NCBI GenBank assembly: GCA_042571305.1
Contig: JBHPHS010000001.1
Location: 2,781-66,780, forward strand
Source: Patescibacteria group bacterium
Lineage (GTDB): Bacteria; Patescibacteriota; Microgenomatia; UBA8517
Length of the DNA: 64,000 nucleotides
Reading direction: 5' to 3'
This document shows, one piece after another, positions 35,995 to 46,829 of this stretch. The notes beneath the pieces were generated by a model. That model searched no databases. It was not told the origin of the DNA and was given only the letters and a program-made list of their open reading frames with translations. The translations under genes and the position numbers were made by a program. Numbering within the stretch: position 1 is the first letter of the stretch; each line of letters begins with the position of its first letter.

Positions 35995-36719
35995 AATATT
36001 GCCCTTAAAATTGCTTCTCCCCATAAGTAGGAAATTACCAAAGAAACTATTAAAAAAGGACCAAAGGCAATTTTGTCCTTCAATCCTGCTTTCCTTGTCA
36101 AAATCAGTATGATTGCCACCAGCGCACCTGTCAAGAAAGACAAAAACAGCCAAATAACAAATAGTGGATAGCCTAAAATAATCCCTGCTAAAATAGCAAA
36201 CTTAACATCCCCCAATCCCATTCCTTTACCGCGGGTAACAAGATGAATCAAAAGCAAAAATACAGCCGCCAAAAATCCACTTAAAAGATGGCTGTATAAC
36301 CCTGAAAAATCAGTGATTAAAAAAACCGTTAAAACCAAAAAAGACGTAACAAACACAAATTCATCAGGAATAATTCTTTCTTCTATATCCATGACAAACA
36401 GTGAAATTAAAACAATAAAAACAAGGTAAATATAAAAAGGAAGGGTCATTAAATGAATTGCCAAAAAACCCAGTGCACAAGAAATTTCAATTAGGGGATA
36501 TCTGATACTTATCTTTTTCTTACAACTTCTGCATTTTGCACCGAGTAAAGAAAAAGAAATTAATGGAATATTGTCATAAAAAGAAATATTACTTCTACAT
36601 TTAGGACAAAAGGAACGTCCCGAAACAAAGTTAATACCTCGCGGATATCTAAAGGAGACCGCCGAAACAAAGGAACCAACTAAGGCCCCCATTAGAGCAT
36701 AAAGAAGATTAACAAACAT
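35991..36719 (-). CDS. pilD: Prepilin peptidase
   Basis: GSF..RSFCPKC..CRSC..RYP, MDIE..IPD, GMGLGDVK. Confidence 0.93.
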   Translation of the reverse strand: MFVNLLYALMGALVGSFVSAVSFRYPRGINFVSGRSFCPKCRSNISFYDNIPLISFSLLGAKCRSCKKKISIRYPLIEISCALGFLAIHLMTLPFYIYLVFIVLISLFVMDIEERIIPDEFVFVTSFLVLTVFLITDFSGLYSHLLSGFLAAVFLLLIHLVTRGKGMGLGDVKFAILAGIILGYPLFVIWLFLSFLTGALVAIILILTRKAGLKDKIAFGPFLIVSLVISYLWGEAILRAIF

Positions 36720-37333
36720 TACTCAGGTACACAAACGTAGCAACCAAGAGTAGACCAGTCAACGGATGAAGTTGCGCACAATGTCGTAGCGGCGGGTACC
36801 CCGTTTGTGTCGAAAGATTTACTTCTCACCTTTTCTTCTTCGATTGCTTTGTCTCTGTTGGATTTGGCCAAAGGAACAAAACAGGTATAAACGCTTGACG
36901 AAGAACCCGAAGCCTTGCCTACATAAATTTTCTTATCCTCAGCACCAGTTGTATCGGTAATCCAGTCCCTACTTAAAAAGGCATTCTTTAACTCTTGACT
37001 TGTTATTAAAAGACCTTGCGAAGAACATGACGAATCTCCACAAAGCCCTACCGCATCATCCTCGGCCGAGACAAAATCAAATGGATCCTCTGACGTGGTC
37101 GTACAGCTAGCACCGAGACAACCCTCCCAAGGAAATTTACTGTGTGAAGCATAATATCTGTCAATTGCCGAAAGAAGCTGTGCACTATCTGCTTTAAACC
37201 TTGCATCTCTGGCTCTGTTTGTTTGTTCAATAGGGTTAATGGCTGCAATTACAATAAGAGCAATCGCACCAAGAAGAGCAATAACTATTAGAAGTTCAAC
37301 AAGCGTAAAACCCTTAGACAGATACTTTTTCAT
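36719..37333 (-). CDS. Pilin, probable major pilin
   Basis: KG|FTLVELLIVIA..AAINPIEQ; directly after pilC. Confidence 0.85.
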   Translation of the reverse strand: MKKYLSKGFTLVELLIVIALLGAIALIVIAAINPIEQTNRARDARFKADSAQLLSAIDRYYASHSKFPWEGCLGASCTTTSEDPFDFVSAEDDAVGLCGDSSCSSQGLLITSQELKNAFLSRDWITDTTGAEDKKIYVGKASGSSSSVYTCFVPLAKSNRDKAIEEEKVRSKSFDTNGVPAATTLCATSSVDWSTLGCYVCVPE

Positions 37334-37355
37334 CTACTTAATTAAGTATGTATAT

Positions 37356-38561
37356 TTAAAACTGGCTTGTCAAGTTGTATATAGGCAAAATTATTGCAAT
37401 TACCAAAAATCCCACACCCAAACCCAAAATAACCATTACAATAGGCTCAATCGCACTTGTTAAGGTTTTAACTTTTTGATCACTTTCAACCTCAAATATG
37501 TGACTTACCTTAGCTAACACATCATCCATCTTACCGGTTTCCTCACCTACAGCAATCATTTGAGAAAGTATATAAGGGAAAGCATCGGGATGCCTTGCAA
37601 AAGCAAAAGCAACAGGAAATCCCTTTTCAACCTGCTTAGCCGCATCTTTTAGAGCATCAGATATTACCGTGTTTGAAATAACTGAGGCGGTTATATTTAA
37701 TCCTTCCAAAATTGAAACTCCCGATCCAACCATCAAAGAAAGTGTTCTTGTTAGTTCTGTTAATAAAATTTGTCGGGAAAGCTCACCAAAGATGGGTATT
37801 TTAAAAGCCCATTCATCAGTTTTTCTTCTACCAGCTTTGGTTTTTCTATAGGCTTGATATCCGTAAGCACCAGCACCAATAAGAACCAAGACCACAGGCC
37901 AAAATTTGGTTGTTAGGTTTGAGGTTCCAATTAAAATCCTTGTAGGTAAAGGAAGTGTTGCATCAAATTCTCCATAAAGAGAGGTCAGTCTTGGAATTAC
38001 AAAAATCATCATAATAAAAGAAACCACGATCATTCCTACAATAATAATTACCGGATAGATCAAGGCACCTTTTACCTTTCCTTTGAATTCCTGATTTTTC
38101 TCCATGTCATCGGCAAGCCTGATCAGTACTTTATCCATAACCCCTCCTACCTCACCGGATTTTATAAGAGCGATATAGGTAGGTGAAAATATTTTTTTGT
38201 GTCTGGATAATGATCCTGACAAAGAGTCTCCTGCTTCAACATCGGCTAAGATTTGTGCAACCACCTTTTGCATACTTCCTTTTGTTTGGGTACGCAGTAT
38301 AAGAAGTGCCTCGGTAATAGGAAGTCCTGCATTAAACATGGTTGCAAGCTGACGGGTAAAATTTGTAATATCCTCCTGGGTTATTCTGTCTTGTAATTTT
38401 TTAACAAAAGAAAAAATAGAGTCAGTTTTGGGTTTTATGGAAATTACCACAAACCCCTTTTGTTTTACAAGCTTAGCGGCGTGGCTTGGGGATGTTGCTT
38501 CTACCTCTCCGGTAACCAATCTCCCGTTTGAATCTTTGGCTTTGTAGTTATATCTTTTCAC
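37356..38561 (-). CDS. pilC: Type IV pilus platform protein PilC (GspF family)
   Basis: FTRQLATM, GEVGG, ALIYP, GEETGK, IEP. Confidence 0.95.
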   Translation of the reverse strand: MKRYNYKAKDSNGRLVTGEVEATSPSHAAKLVKQKGFVVISIKPKTDSIFSFVKKLQDRITQEDITNFTRQLATMFNAGLPITEALLILRTQTKGSMQKVVAQILADVEAGDSLSGSLSRHKKIFSPTYIALIKSGEVGGVMDKVLIRLADDMEKNQEFKGKVKGALIYPVIIIVGMIVVSFIMMIFVIPRLTSLYGEFDATLPLPTRILIGTSNLTTKFWPVVLVLIGAGAYGYQAYRKTKAGRRKTDEWAFKIPIFGELSRQILLTELTRTLSLMVGSGVSILEGLNITASVISNTVISDALKDAAKQVEKGFPVAFAFARHPDAFPYILSQMIAVGEETGKMDDVLAKVSHIFEVESDQKVKTLTSAIEPIVMVILGLGVGFLVIAIILPIYNLTSQF

Positions 38562-38568
38562 TTTTTAT

Positions 38569-39627
38569 CTAAGCTGTCCTCATTAAGCGAGATATTTCTT
38601 CAGGTCTTAAGGACCAGCTTTGGGCAGTTTCCATAGCAATCTTTCCATCCTTAACAAGAGCAATAAGGGATCTTTCTAAAGTGCTCATTCCTGCTTCAAA
38701 CGAGGTCTGAATTATACTATCTATCTGATGTGTCTTTCCTTCTCTTATTGTTGTTTTAATAGCATTTGTTCCAAGCATTACCTCATAGGCAACAACTCTT
38801 CCTTTGGGTTGGGCGGGGATTAATCTTTGGGAAAATACTGCCTCAATCACGTTAGATAGTTGAAGCTTAACCTGACCTTGCTGCTCTTCGGGAAAAACGT
38901 CAACTATTCTGTCAATCGTTTGGGCAGCACTGTTGGTATGAAGTGTTGCAAATACCAAATGTCCTGTCTCAGCAACTGTTAAGGCTGAAGCAATTGTTTC
39001 TTTATCCCTCATCTCTCCAACCAAAACTACATTAGGATCTTCTCTTAATACACTTCTTAGGGCAATCTCCCAAGAGTGTGTATCGCTTCTCATCTCACGC
39101 TGGGAAATTATTGATTTTATGGGTTTAAAAATAAACTCAACAGGGTCTTCAATTGTTACAATGTGCTCTGCACGATTTGTGTTAATTTCATTTAAGATTG
39201 CAGCAAGTGTGGTTGATTTCCCATGACCGGTTGGACCGGTAACCAAAATAAGCCCTTGTCTTAGTGCTGTAAATGTATGAATTATTTTGGGAAGACCTAA
39301 ACTATCAACCGCGGGAATCTCCAAAGGAATTTTCCTAAATGCTGCAGCTAGCGTTCCTCTTTGAGTATAGGCATTTACCCTAAACCTGGCTTTATCCGAA
39401 AAAGCTAGGGCAAAATCAATTTCTTTATTAACCTCCAATCGCTGCAGCTGCTCAGCTTTTAACACCTCCTTTAAGAGTGCAGATATTGTTTCGGGGGTCA
39501 TTACGCCAGCTCCGGAGACGATCGACAATACACCATCAACCCGAACATTGGGTGCCAAACCACTGATTAGATGCAAATCCGAAGCGTTCGCATCAACCGT
39601 GTATTGCAAAAGTTGTTTTATGTTCAT
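38569..39627 (-). CDS. pilT: Retraction ATPase PilT
   Basis: GPTGHGKSTT, TIEDPVE, LREDPN, GHLVFATLH, AIKTTIRE. Confidence 0.95.
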   Translation of the reverse strand: MNIKQLLQYTVDANASDLHLISGLAPNVRVDGVLSIVSGAGVMTPETISALLKEVLKAEQLQRLEVNKEIDFALAFSDKARFRVNAYTQRGTLAAAFRKIPLEIPAVDSLGLPKIIHTFTALRQGLILVTGPTGHGKSTTLAAILNEINTNRAEHIVTIEDPVEFIFKPIKSIISQREMRSDTHSWEIALRSVLREDPNVVLVGEMRDKETIASALTVAETGHLVFATLHTNSAAQTIDRIVDVFPEEQQGQVKLQLSNVIEAVFSQRLIPAQPKGRVVAYEVMLGTNAIKTTIREGKTHQIDSIIQTSFEAGMSTLERSLIALVKDGKIAMETAQSWSLRPEEISRLMRTA

Positions 39628-39629
39628 AT

Positions 39630-41348
39630 TTATTCCTGGGCAACCCTTAATACCTCCTCAATCGTGGTAACCCCCTCAACCACCTTCAAAAAACCATCCT
39701 GTTTAAGAGAAATCATTCCTTCCTCTTTAGCTGCTTTTTCAATATCTGAGGAAGATGCCCTTTCCAATATAAGCCTACTTATCTTTTCGGTTGTTGGCAA
39801 GACCTCAAACATCCCTATCCTTCCGTAATAACCGGAATTTCCATCCTCGGTATCTCCCGATCCTTTGTATAATTTTACTTCTCCGGATGGGGTCCAAAGA
39901 CCTCCCAAAACTCCCTTTAACTCCTCAACTATCTTTGTGTCAGGAACATATGACACCTTACATGGTTCGTGAATTTTCCTAACAACCCTTTGGGCAACAA
40001 TACAGGTAATAGTCGATGCTAAAAGATAGGGTTCTGCTCCCATATCAAGAAGTCTGGGGAGAGCACCTGATGCATCATTGGTGTGAAGTGTTGAAAAAAC
40101 CAAATGTCCGGTTAAGGCTGCCTGAATTGCCAAGTCGGCGGTTTCTTGGTCTCTTATTTCTCCAACCAATATAATGTTAGGATCTTGTCTTAAAAATGCC
40201 CTTAAACCAGAGGCAAAGGTAAGCCCGACTGCTGGATTAACCTGTACCTGATTTACCCCAGCAATTTTATACTCAATAGGATCTTCTAGTGTAATTATAT
40301 TGACCTTTGGAGTATTAAGTTTAGAAATTATCGAATAAAGTGTTGTGGTTTTACCCGATCCGGTTGGACCACAAATTAATATAATTCCATGAGGCCTTAG
40401 TATGGAATCTTGGAGATTTTTTAAACCCCTTCCTCTAAGGCCCAATTCTGGAAGGTCAGGTACACCTCCGCTTTTTTTCAGAAGTCTCATTACTATCTTT
40501 TCCCCCCAGGTGGTAGGCAAGGAAGAAACACGCAAGTCAACCTCCGCATCCGTACTTTTATAGTTAAATCTCCCGTCTTGTGGAATTCTTTTTTCATCAA
40601 TCTTCATACCCCCCAATATTTTTATTCTGGAAATTAGTGAATCATGAAGTTCTCTGGGAACGGTTAGTTTTTCTTGCAAGATCCCGTCAATGCGGTATCT
40701 TATTCTGGTAATTTTTTCTTCAGGTTCTATATGAATGTCGGATGCTCTTGCTTTCATTGCAAATTCCAAAATATGGCTTACTATCTCGGCTATTTTTTCC
40801 TCCCTGATAAAGCCCCCCTTAGAGCTTTCCAGTATGTTCATTTGCTTTGTTTCAGGTTCTACATCCTTAAGTGCTTCGGTTACCTCTTCTGATAGGGAAG
40901 TGGAGTATTTTGTTTGAATAAAGTCTTCAATTGCGGAAGGATCCGCCGCTTCGGGTTTTACCCTCATTCCAGTTTTTTGCTCAATAAATTCAATAGCGTT
41001 AAGGTTCAAAGGATCTGCCATTGCCAAGGTAATGGTTTTACTCGCTTTATCATAGGCAACTGGAACCACCTTAAACCTTTCAGCAATATCTGTGGAAAGA
41101 GCTGCTAAAGCAACAGGAGAAATAGGTATTTTTGCCAAATTTACATATGGAATGTTATAAAGTTTTGCTTTGGCCTCCGTGAGTTTGCTTTCCGAAACAA
41201 AATTTTCCTTTTTGATTATATCTTCTTGAGAAGTTCCGCTTTCAACCTCTTTAAGTTTAATTTGCTTGGCTTTAGCTTCATCCAAAGCTCCAAGGCTAAG
41301 TAATATATCAACAAGATTATTAGCAGTATTTGCACTCTGAGCAGGCAT
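39630..41348 (-). CDS. pilB: Extension ATPase PilB (GspE family)
   Basis: ASDIHIEP, PQDGR, GPTGSGKTTT, LRQDPN. Confidence 0.95.
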   Translation of the reverse strand: MPAQSANTANNLVDILLSLGALDEAKAKQIKLKEVESGTSQEDIIKKENFVSESKLTEAKAKLYNIPYVNLAKIPISPVALAALSTDIAERFKVVPVAYDKASKTITLAMADPLNLNAIEFIEQKTGMRVKPEAADPSAIEDFIQTKYSTSLSEEVTEALKDVEPETKQMNILESSKGGFIREEKIAEIVSHILEFAMKARASDIHIEPEEKITRIRYRIDGILQEKLTVPRELHDSLISRIKILGGMKIDEKRIPQDGRFNYKSTDAEVDLRVSSLPTTWGEKIVMRLLKKSGGVPDLPELGLRGRGLKNLQDSILRPHGIILICGPTGSGKTTTLYSIISKLNTPKVNIITLEDPIEYKIAGVNQVQVNPAVGLTFASGLRAFLRQDPNIILVGEIRDQETADLAIQAALTGHLVFSTLHTNDASGALPRLLDMGAEPYLLASTITCIVAQRVVRKIHEPCKVSYVPDTKIVEELKGVLGGLWTPSGEVKLYKGSGDTEDGNSGYYGRIGMFEVLPTTEKISRLILERASSSDIEKAAKEEGMISLKQDGFLKVVEGVTTIEEVLRVAQE

Positions 41349-41372
41349 AATTTATGTTATCATAAAACCGTC

Positions 41373-41960
41373 ATGCATGCATTTTTAATAGTAGGTCCAT
41401 CGGAAACTTCTAAGCAGGAAGAGGTTAAACAACTTATTATAAAACTCAAAGCAACTCGTTTTGATTTCCCACTAGCCAAAATAGCTGATGTCAGAAGTTT
41501 AAACCAATTCAGCCGACTCGGTATTGATAAACCAACAGTGGTTGTGTGTGATGGTTTAAGCCAAGCAACGGAAGAAGCACAAAATGCTTTTTTAAAAAAC
41601 CTGGAAGAGCCTCAGGATAACTTATACTATATGTTAGTAGCTGACTCTTTTAATAATATCCTTCCAACTATTATCTCCCGATGCCAAATAATTAAAGTTA
41701 AAAAACAAAAAACTCAAACAGACAATCAACAAGTAGTGAATTTTTGTAAACTTTCAGTTGGAAAAAAACTAGCGTACATTAATACAATAAAAGAAAGAGA
41801 AAAAGCTAAAGAGTTTGTTGAAAGCTTAATTACATTTTTACATAAAGATGTGGCTAAAAATGGATATAATTTGGAAGTTTCTCTACTTACTTTCAAAAGG
41901 TTAAAGGCAAACGGAAACGTTAATTTTCAACTTGCTAACCTCGTAATTAGCCTTGTTTAA
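41373..41960 (+). CDS. holB: DNA polymerase III delta' subunit-like (short)
   Basis: AQNAFLKNLEEP, ILPTIISRC. Confidence 0.8.
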   Translation: MHAFLIVGPSETSKQEEVKQLIIKLKATRFDFPLAKIADVRSLNQFSRLGIDKPTVVVCDGLSQATEEAQNAFLKNLEEPQDNLYYMLVADSFNNILPTIISRCQIIKVKKQKTQTDNQQVVNFCKLSVGKKLAYINTIKEREKAKEFVESLITFLHKDVAKNGYNLEVSLLTFKRLKANGNVNFQLANLVISLV

Positions 41961-42003
41961 GAGGTAAATCAAAGATATAATTAGGTATCTGGGTGTGTTA
42001 TAA

Positions 42004-43965
<1,962 letters not shown>

Positions 43966-44019
43966 TTAATTTACATTTACTTATTGATAATAAAAAAGCA
44001 TTAAATTAAAATAAGCGCT

Positions 44020-46128
44020 ATGTCGTCTTTGACATCAAACATTTTTTTGACAACGATTCTCTCCTTTTCCATTGCTGGAATTTTTGTAGCTTTTTGGCTT
44101 GCTAAACAGGTTCTTTCCAAAGAAGGGGGAGATAAGAAAATGGAAGAGGTCGGCCAAGCAATTAAGGAAGGATCAAATGCTTATCTTAAAAGGCAATTTA
44201 AAACAATAGCTCCGATCATTGTTGTTCTTACGGTGTTTTTGTATTTCAGTGCTCCCATTAAAGAACTAGCCGTAGGTCGTGCCGGGGCATTTTTGTTGGG
44301 TGGTATTTTTTCTGCCTTGATTGGAACCATCGGAATGAACATTGCCACACGCGCTAATGTCAAAACAGCACAGGCTGCAAAAAGGAGCTTTGGTGAAGCG
44401 CTATCTTTAGCATTCAGAGCCGGGGCAACCACTGGAATGTTGACCGTAGGACTTGGTCTTTTGGGGGCAACATTAATCTATTGGCATTATGGAAATCTTG
44501 CAACCGAAGTTCTTATTGGTTTTGGTTTCGGAGGAAGTTTACTGGCTCTTTTTATGAGGGTTGGTGGTGGAATTTATACGAAGGCGGCTGATGTAGGAGC
44601 TGATTTGGTTGGAAAGGTAGAAAAAGGAATTCCAGAGGATGATCCGAGAAACGCAGCGGTTATAGCCGATCAGGTGGGGGATAATGTCGGAGATTGTGCC
44701 GGAATGGCGGCTGATCTTTTTGAAAGCTATGAGGTAACCTTGGTTGCAGCAATGATATTAGGTGGTGCGACTTTTGGTCTTGCTGGAGTCCTTTTTCCTT
44801 TAGCGGTTAGAGCTTTGGGGATCGCAACATCCATAATTGGAATTATAATGGTTAACCCTAAGGGTAACTCAATTAAAAGTGGTATTAATGCAATACTTTC
44901 GGCTTTCGGAGTAGCAACAGGAATTTCTATCTTGGGCTTCTTTGTTCTTTCCTCCTATATTGTAAGTGATTATCGACTAGCTGTTGCCACCACGGTGGGG
45001 ATAGTTCTTTCAGTTGCAATATTTTTGTTAACCGATTACGCAACAGGGGATCATCAACCAGTAAAGGATATCGTCAAACAAAGTAAAACCGGTCCAGCAA
45101 CTGTAATTTTATCAGGTATGGTTTCTGGCTTTTCTTCATCAGTATGGGCAATTTTGGCAATTGGAGTTACTATTATTGCTTCTTTCCTTCTTTTTAATGA
45201 TCCTTTGACCGCAGCCTACGGAGTAGCTCTTGCCGGGATGGGAATGTTAACAACAACCGGTCTTATTGTATCCATGGACTCTTTTGGTCCTATCGCGGAT
45301 AACGCTCAGGGAATATCAGAGCTTGCTTCAATGAAGGGAAGTGCTCTTTTGGTTTTAAATAAACTTGACTCAATAGGCAACACCACCAAAGCAACCACCA
45401 AAGGTTTTGCAATTGCCTCAGCGGTTATTGCAGCTGTATCTTTGTTTGAATCATTCCTTTCAGACAATCATTTAGTGGGAATTAACATCGCTCACCCCCA
45501 GGTTTTTGTCGGATTCTTAATAGGGGGTGCTATACCTTTCCTTTTCTCATCCTTGACCATCAAGGCTGTTTCTGATTCTGCCTATGCGGTAATCAATGAA
45601 GTAAGGCGTCAGTTTAAAGAAATGCCGGGAATTATGAAAGGTACCCAAAAACCCGATTATGCGAAAGTTGTTGACTTAACTACAAAATCTGCTCTTTCAG
45701 CTTTATTTTCTCCAGCAATTATTGCCATTGTTGTTCCTGTCTTAGTTGGATTTTTACTACGCATTGAGGCACTTGGAGGATACCTTGCTGGAACAATTCT
45801 TACGGGGCAACTTTTGGCAGTATTTATGTCCAATACAGGGGGAGCTTGGGATAATGCCAAGAAAATGATCGAAGCTGGTGCTATGGGAGGAAAAGGCACT
45901 GACAATCATAAGGCTGCTGTTGTTGGAGATACTGTGGGGGATCCTCTAAAAGACACTTCAGGTCCTGCCATGAACCCGCTTATTAAGGTAATGAACTTGG
46001 TTTCAATATTAGCGGCTCCTCTTATTATCACAACAAAGGCATTTTCTCCTCTTTATTGGACCATCGTTATTCCAGGATTTATTCTTCTAATCTTTTCTAT
46101 CTACCGTTCTCAAAAAGTTAGAGTGTAG
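44020..46128 (+). CDS. hppA: Membrane H+-translocating pyrophosphatase, K+-independent type
   Basis: GGGIYTKAADVGADLVGKVE, DNVGD, GNTTKA (Lys determinant), GDTVGDPLKDTSGP. Confidence 0.93.
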   Translation: MSSLTSNIFLTTILSFSIAGIFVAFWLAKQVLSKEGGDKKMEEVGQAIKEGSNAYLKRQFKTIAPIIVVLTVFLYFSAPIKELAVGRAGAFLLGGIFSALIGTIGMNIATRANVKTAQAAKRSFGEALSLAFRAGATTGMLTVGLGLLGATLIYWHYGNLATEVLIGFGFGGSLLALFMRVGGGIYTKAADVGADLVGKVEKGIPEDDPRNAAVIADQVGDNVGDCAGMAADLFESYEVTLVAAMILGGATFGLAGVLFPLAVRALGIATSIIGIIMVNPKGNSIKSGINAILSAFGVATGISILGFFVLSSYIVSDYRLAVATTVGIVLSVAIFLLTDYATGDHQPVKDIVKQSKTGPATVILSGMVSGFSSSVWAILAIGVTIIASFLLFNDPLTAAYGVALAGMGMLTTTGLIVSMDSFGPIADNAQGISELASMKGSALLVLNKLDSIGNTTKATTKGFAIASAVIAAVSLFESFLSDNHLVGINIAHPQVFVGFLIGGAIPFLFSSLTIKAVSDSAYAVINEVRRQFKEMPGIMKGTQKPDYAKVVDLTTKSALSALFSPAIIAIVVPVLVGFLLRIEALGGYLAGTILTGQLLAVFMSNTGGAWDNAKKMIEAGAMGGKGTDNHKAAVVGDTVGDPLKDTSGPAMNPLIKVMNLVSILAAPLIITTKAFSPLYWTIVIPGFILLIFSIYRSQKVRV

Positions 46129-46733
46129 GCATCTTTCAGTTTAAAGTTTCCAACCCTTATTCTTTGTAAGTCAGTCATATATCCTCCTAAATCTCTGGCA
46201 ATTGATCTTATATAAACACCAGGTCCGGTTATGATTCTTAATTTTAGTGTCGGCCATTTATACTCAATAATTTCAATTTCCTTTATGTAAACCTTGCGGG
46301 GTTTTAGTCTAAAAGTTTTTCCTTTTCTTGCAAGTTTGTATGCTTCTTTTCCTTTTACCTTAACAGCACTGTATAAAGGTGGAGTTTGCATAATTTCTCC
46401 ACTAAAAGTATTGAGTTTATTTTCAATCTCATCTTTTTTCGGAATTTTATCTATTTTAATTGTAGTTTTTTCACCTTCGGAATCATCTGTGGTAGATATC
46501 TTTCCTAATTTTATCTTTGCTATATATTCTTTTTCTTTGACAACCTCCAATGAAAGTTTTTTGGTTGCTTCTCTTCCCACCCCAATTACCAACACACCGG
46601 ATGCCAAAGGATCCAAAGTTCCTGCATGTCCCACCTTTTTAATTCCTGTTTCTTTTTGAATTTTATTAACCACCTGCCTGCTTGTTAAACCTTTTGGTTT
46701 ATTAACAGCAAATATAGCTAATTTATATTTCAT
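46110..46733 (-). CDS. truB: tRNA pseudouridine(55) synthase (no PUA domain)
   Basis: KVGHAGTLDPLASG, QTPPLYSA, GVYIRS. Confidence 0.93.
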   Translation of the reverse strand: MKYKLAIFAVNKPKGLTSRQVVNKIQKETGIKKVGHAGTLDPLASGVLVIGVGREATKKLSLEVVKEKEYIAKIKLGKISTTDDSEGEKTTIKIDKIPKKDEIENKLNTFSGEIMQTPPLYSAVKVKGKEAYKLARKGKTFRLKPRKVYIKEIEIIEYKWPTLKLRIITGPGVYIRSIARDLGGYMTDLQRIRVGNFKLKDAYTLTF

Positions 46734-46829
46734 TTAACTTATTTTAATACATATTAAGGGTTGTTTTCTCCTTGTTAAGTGATACCTAAAAAGGTAAAAT
46801 TATCTGAGGCTAACAAAGCCTCATTATAA

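Noticed and set aside
46805-46823. Hairpin TGAGGCT/AGCCTCA before gyrA, and GCAAGAT/ATCTTGC at 6995-7011
   Set aside because: Short stems with no U-tract or switch partner; insufficient support for a feature call.
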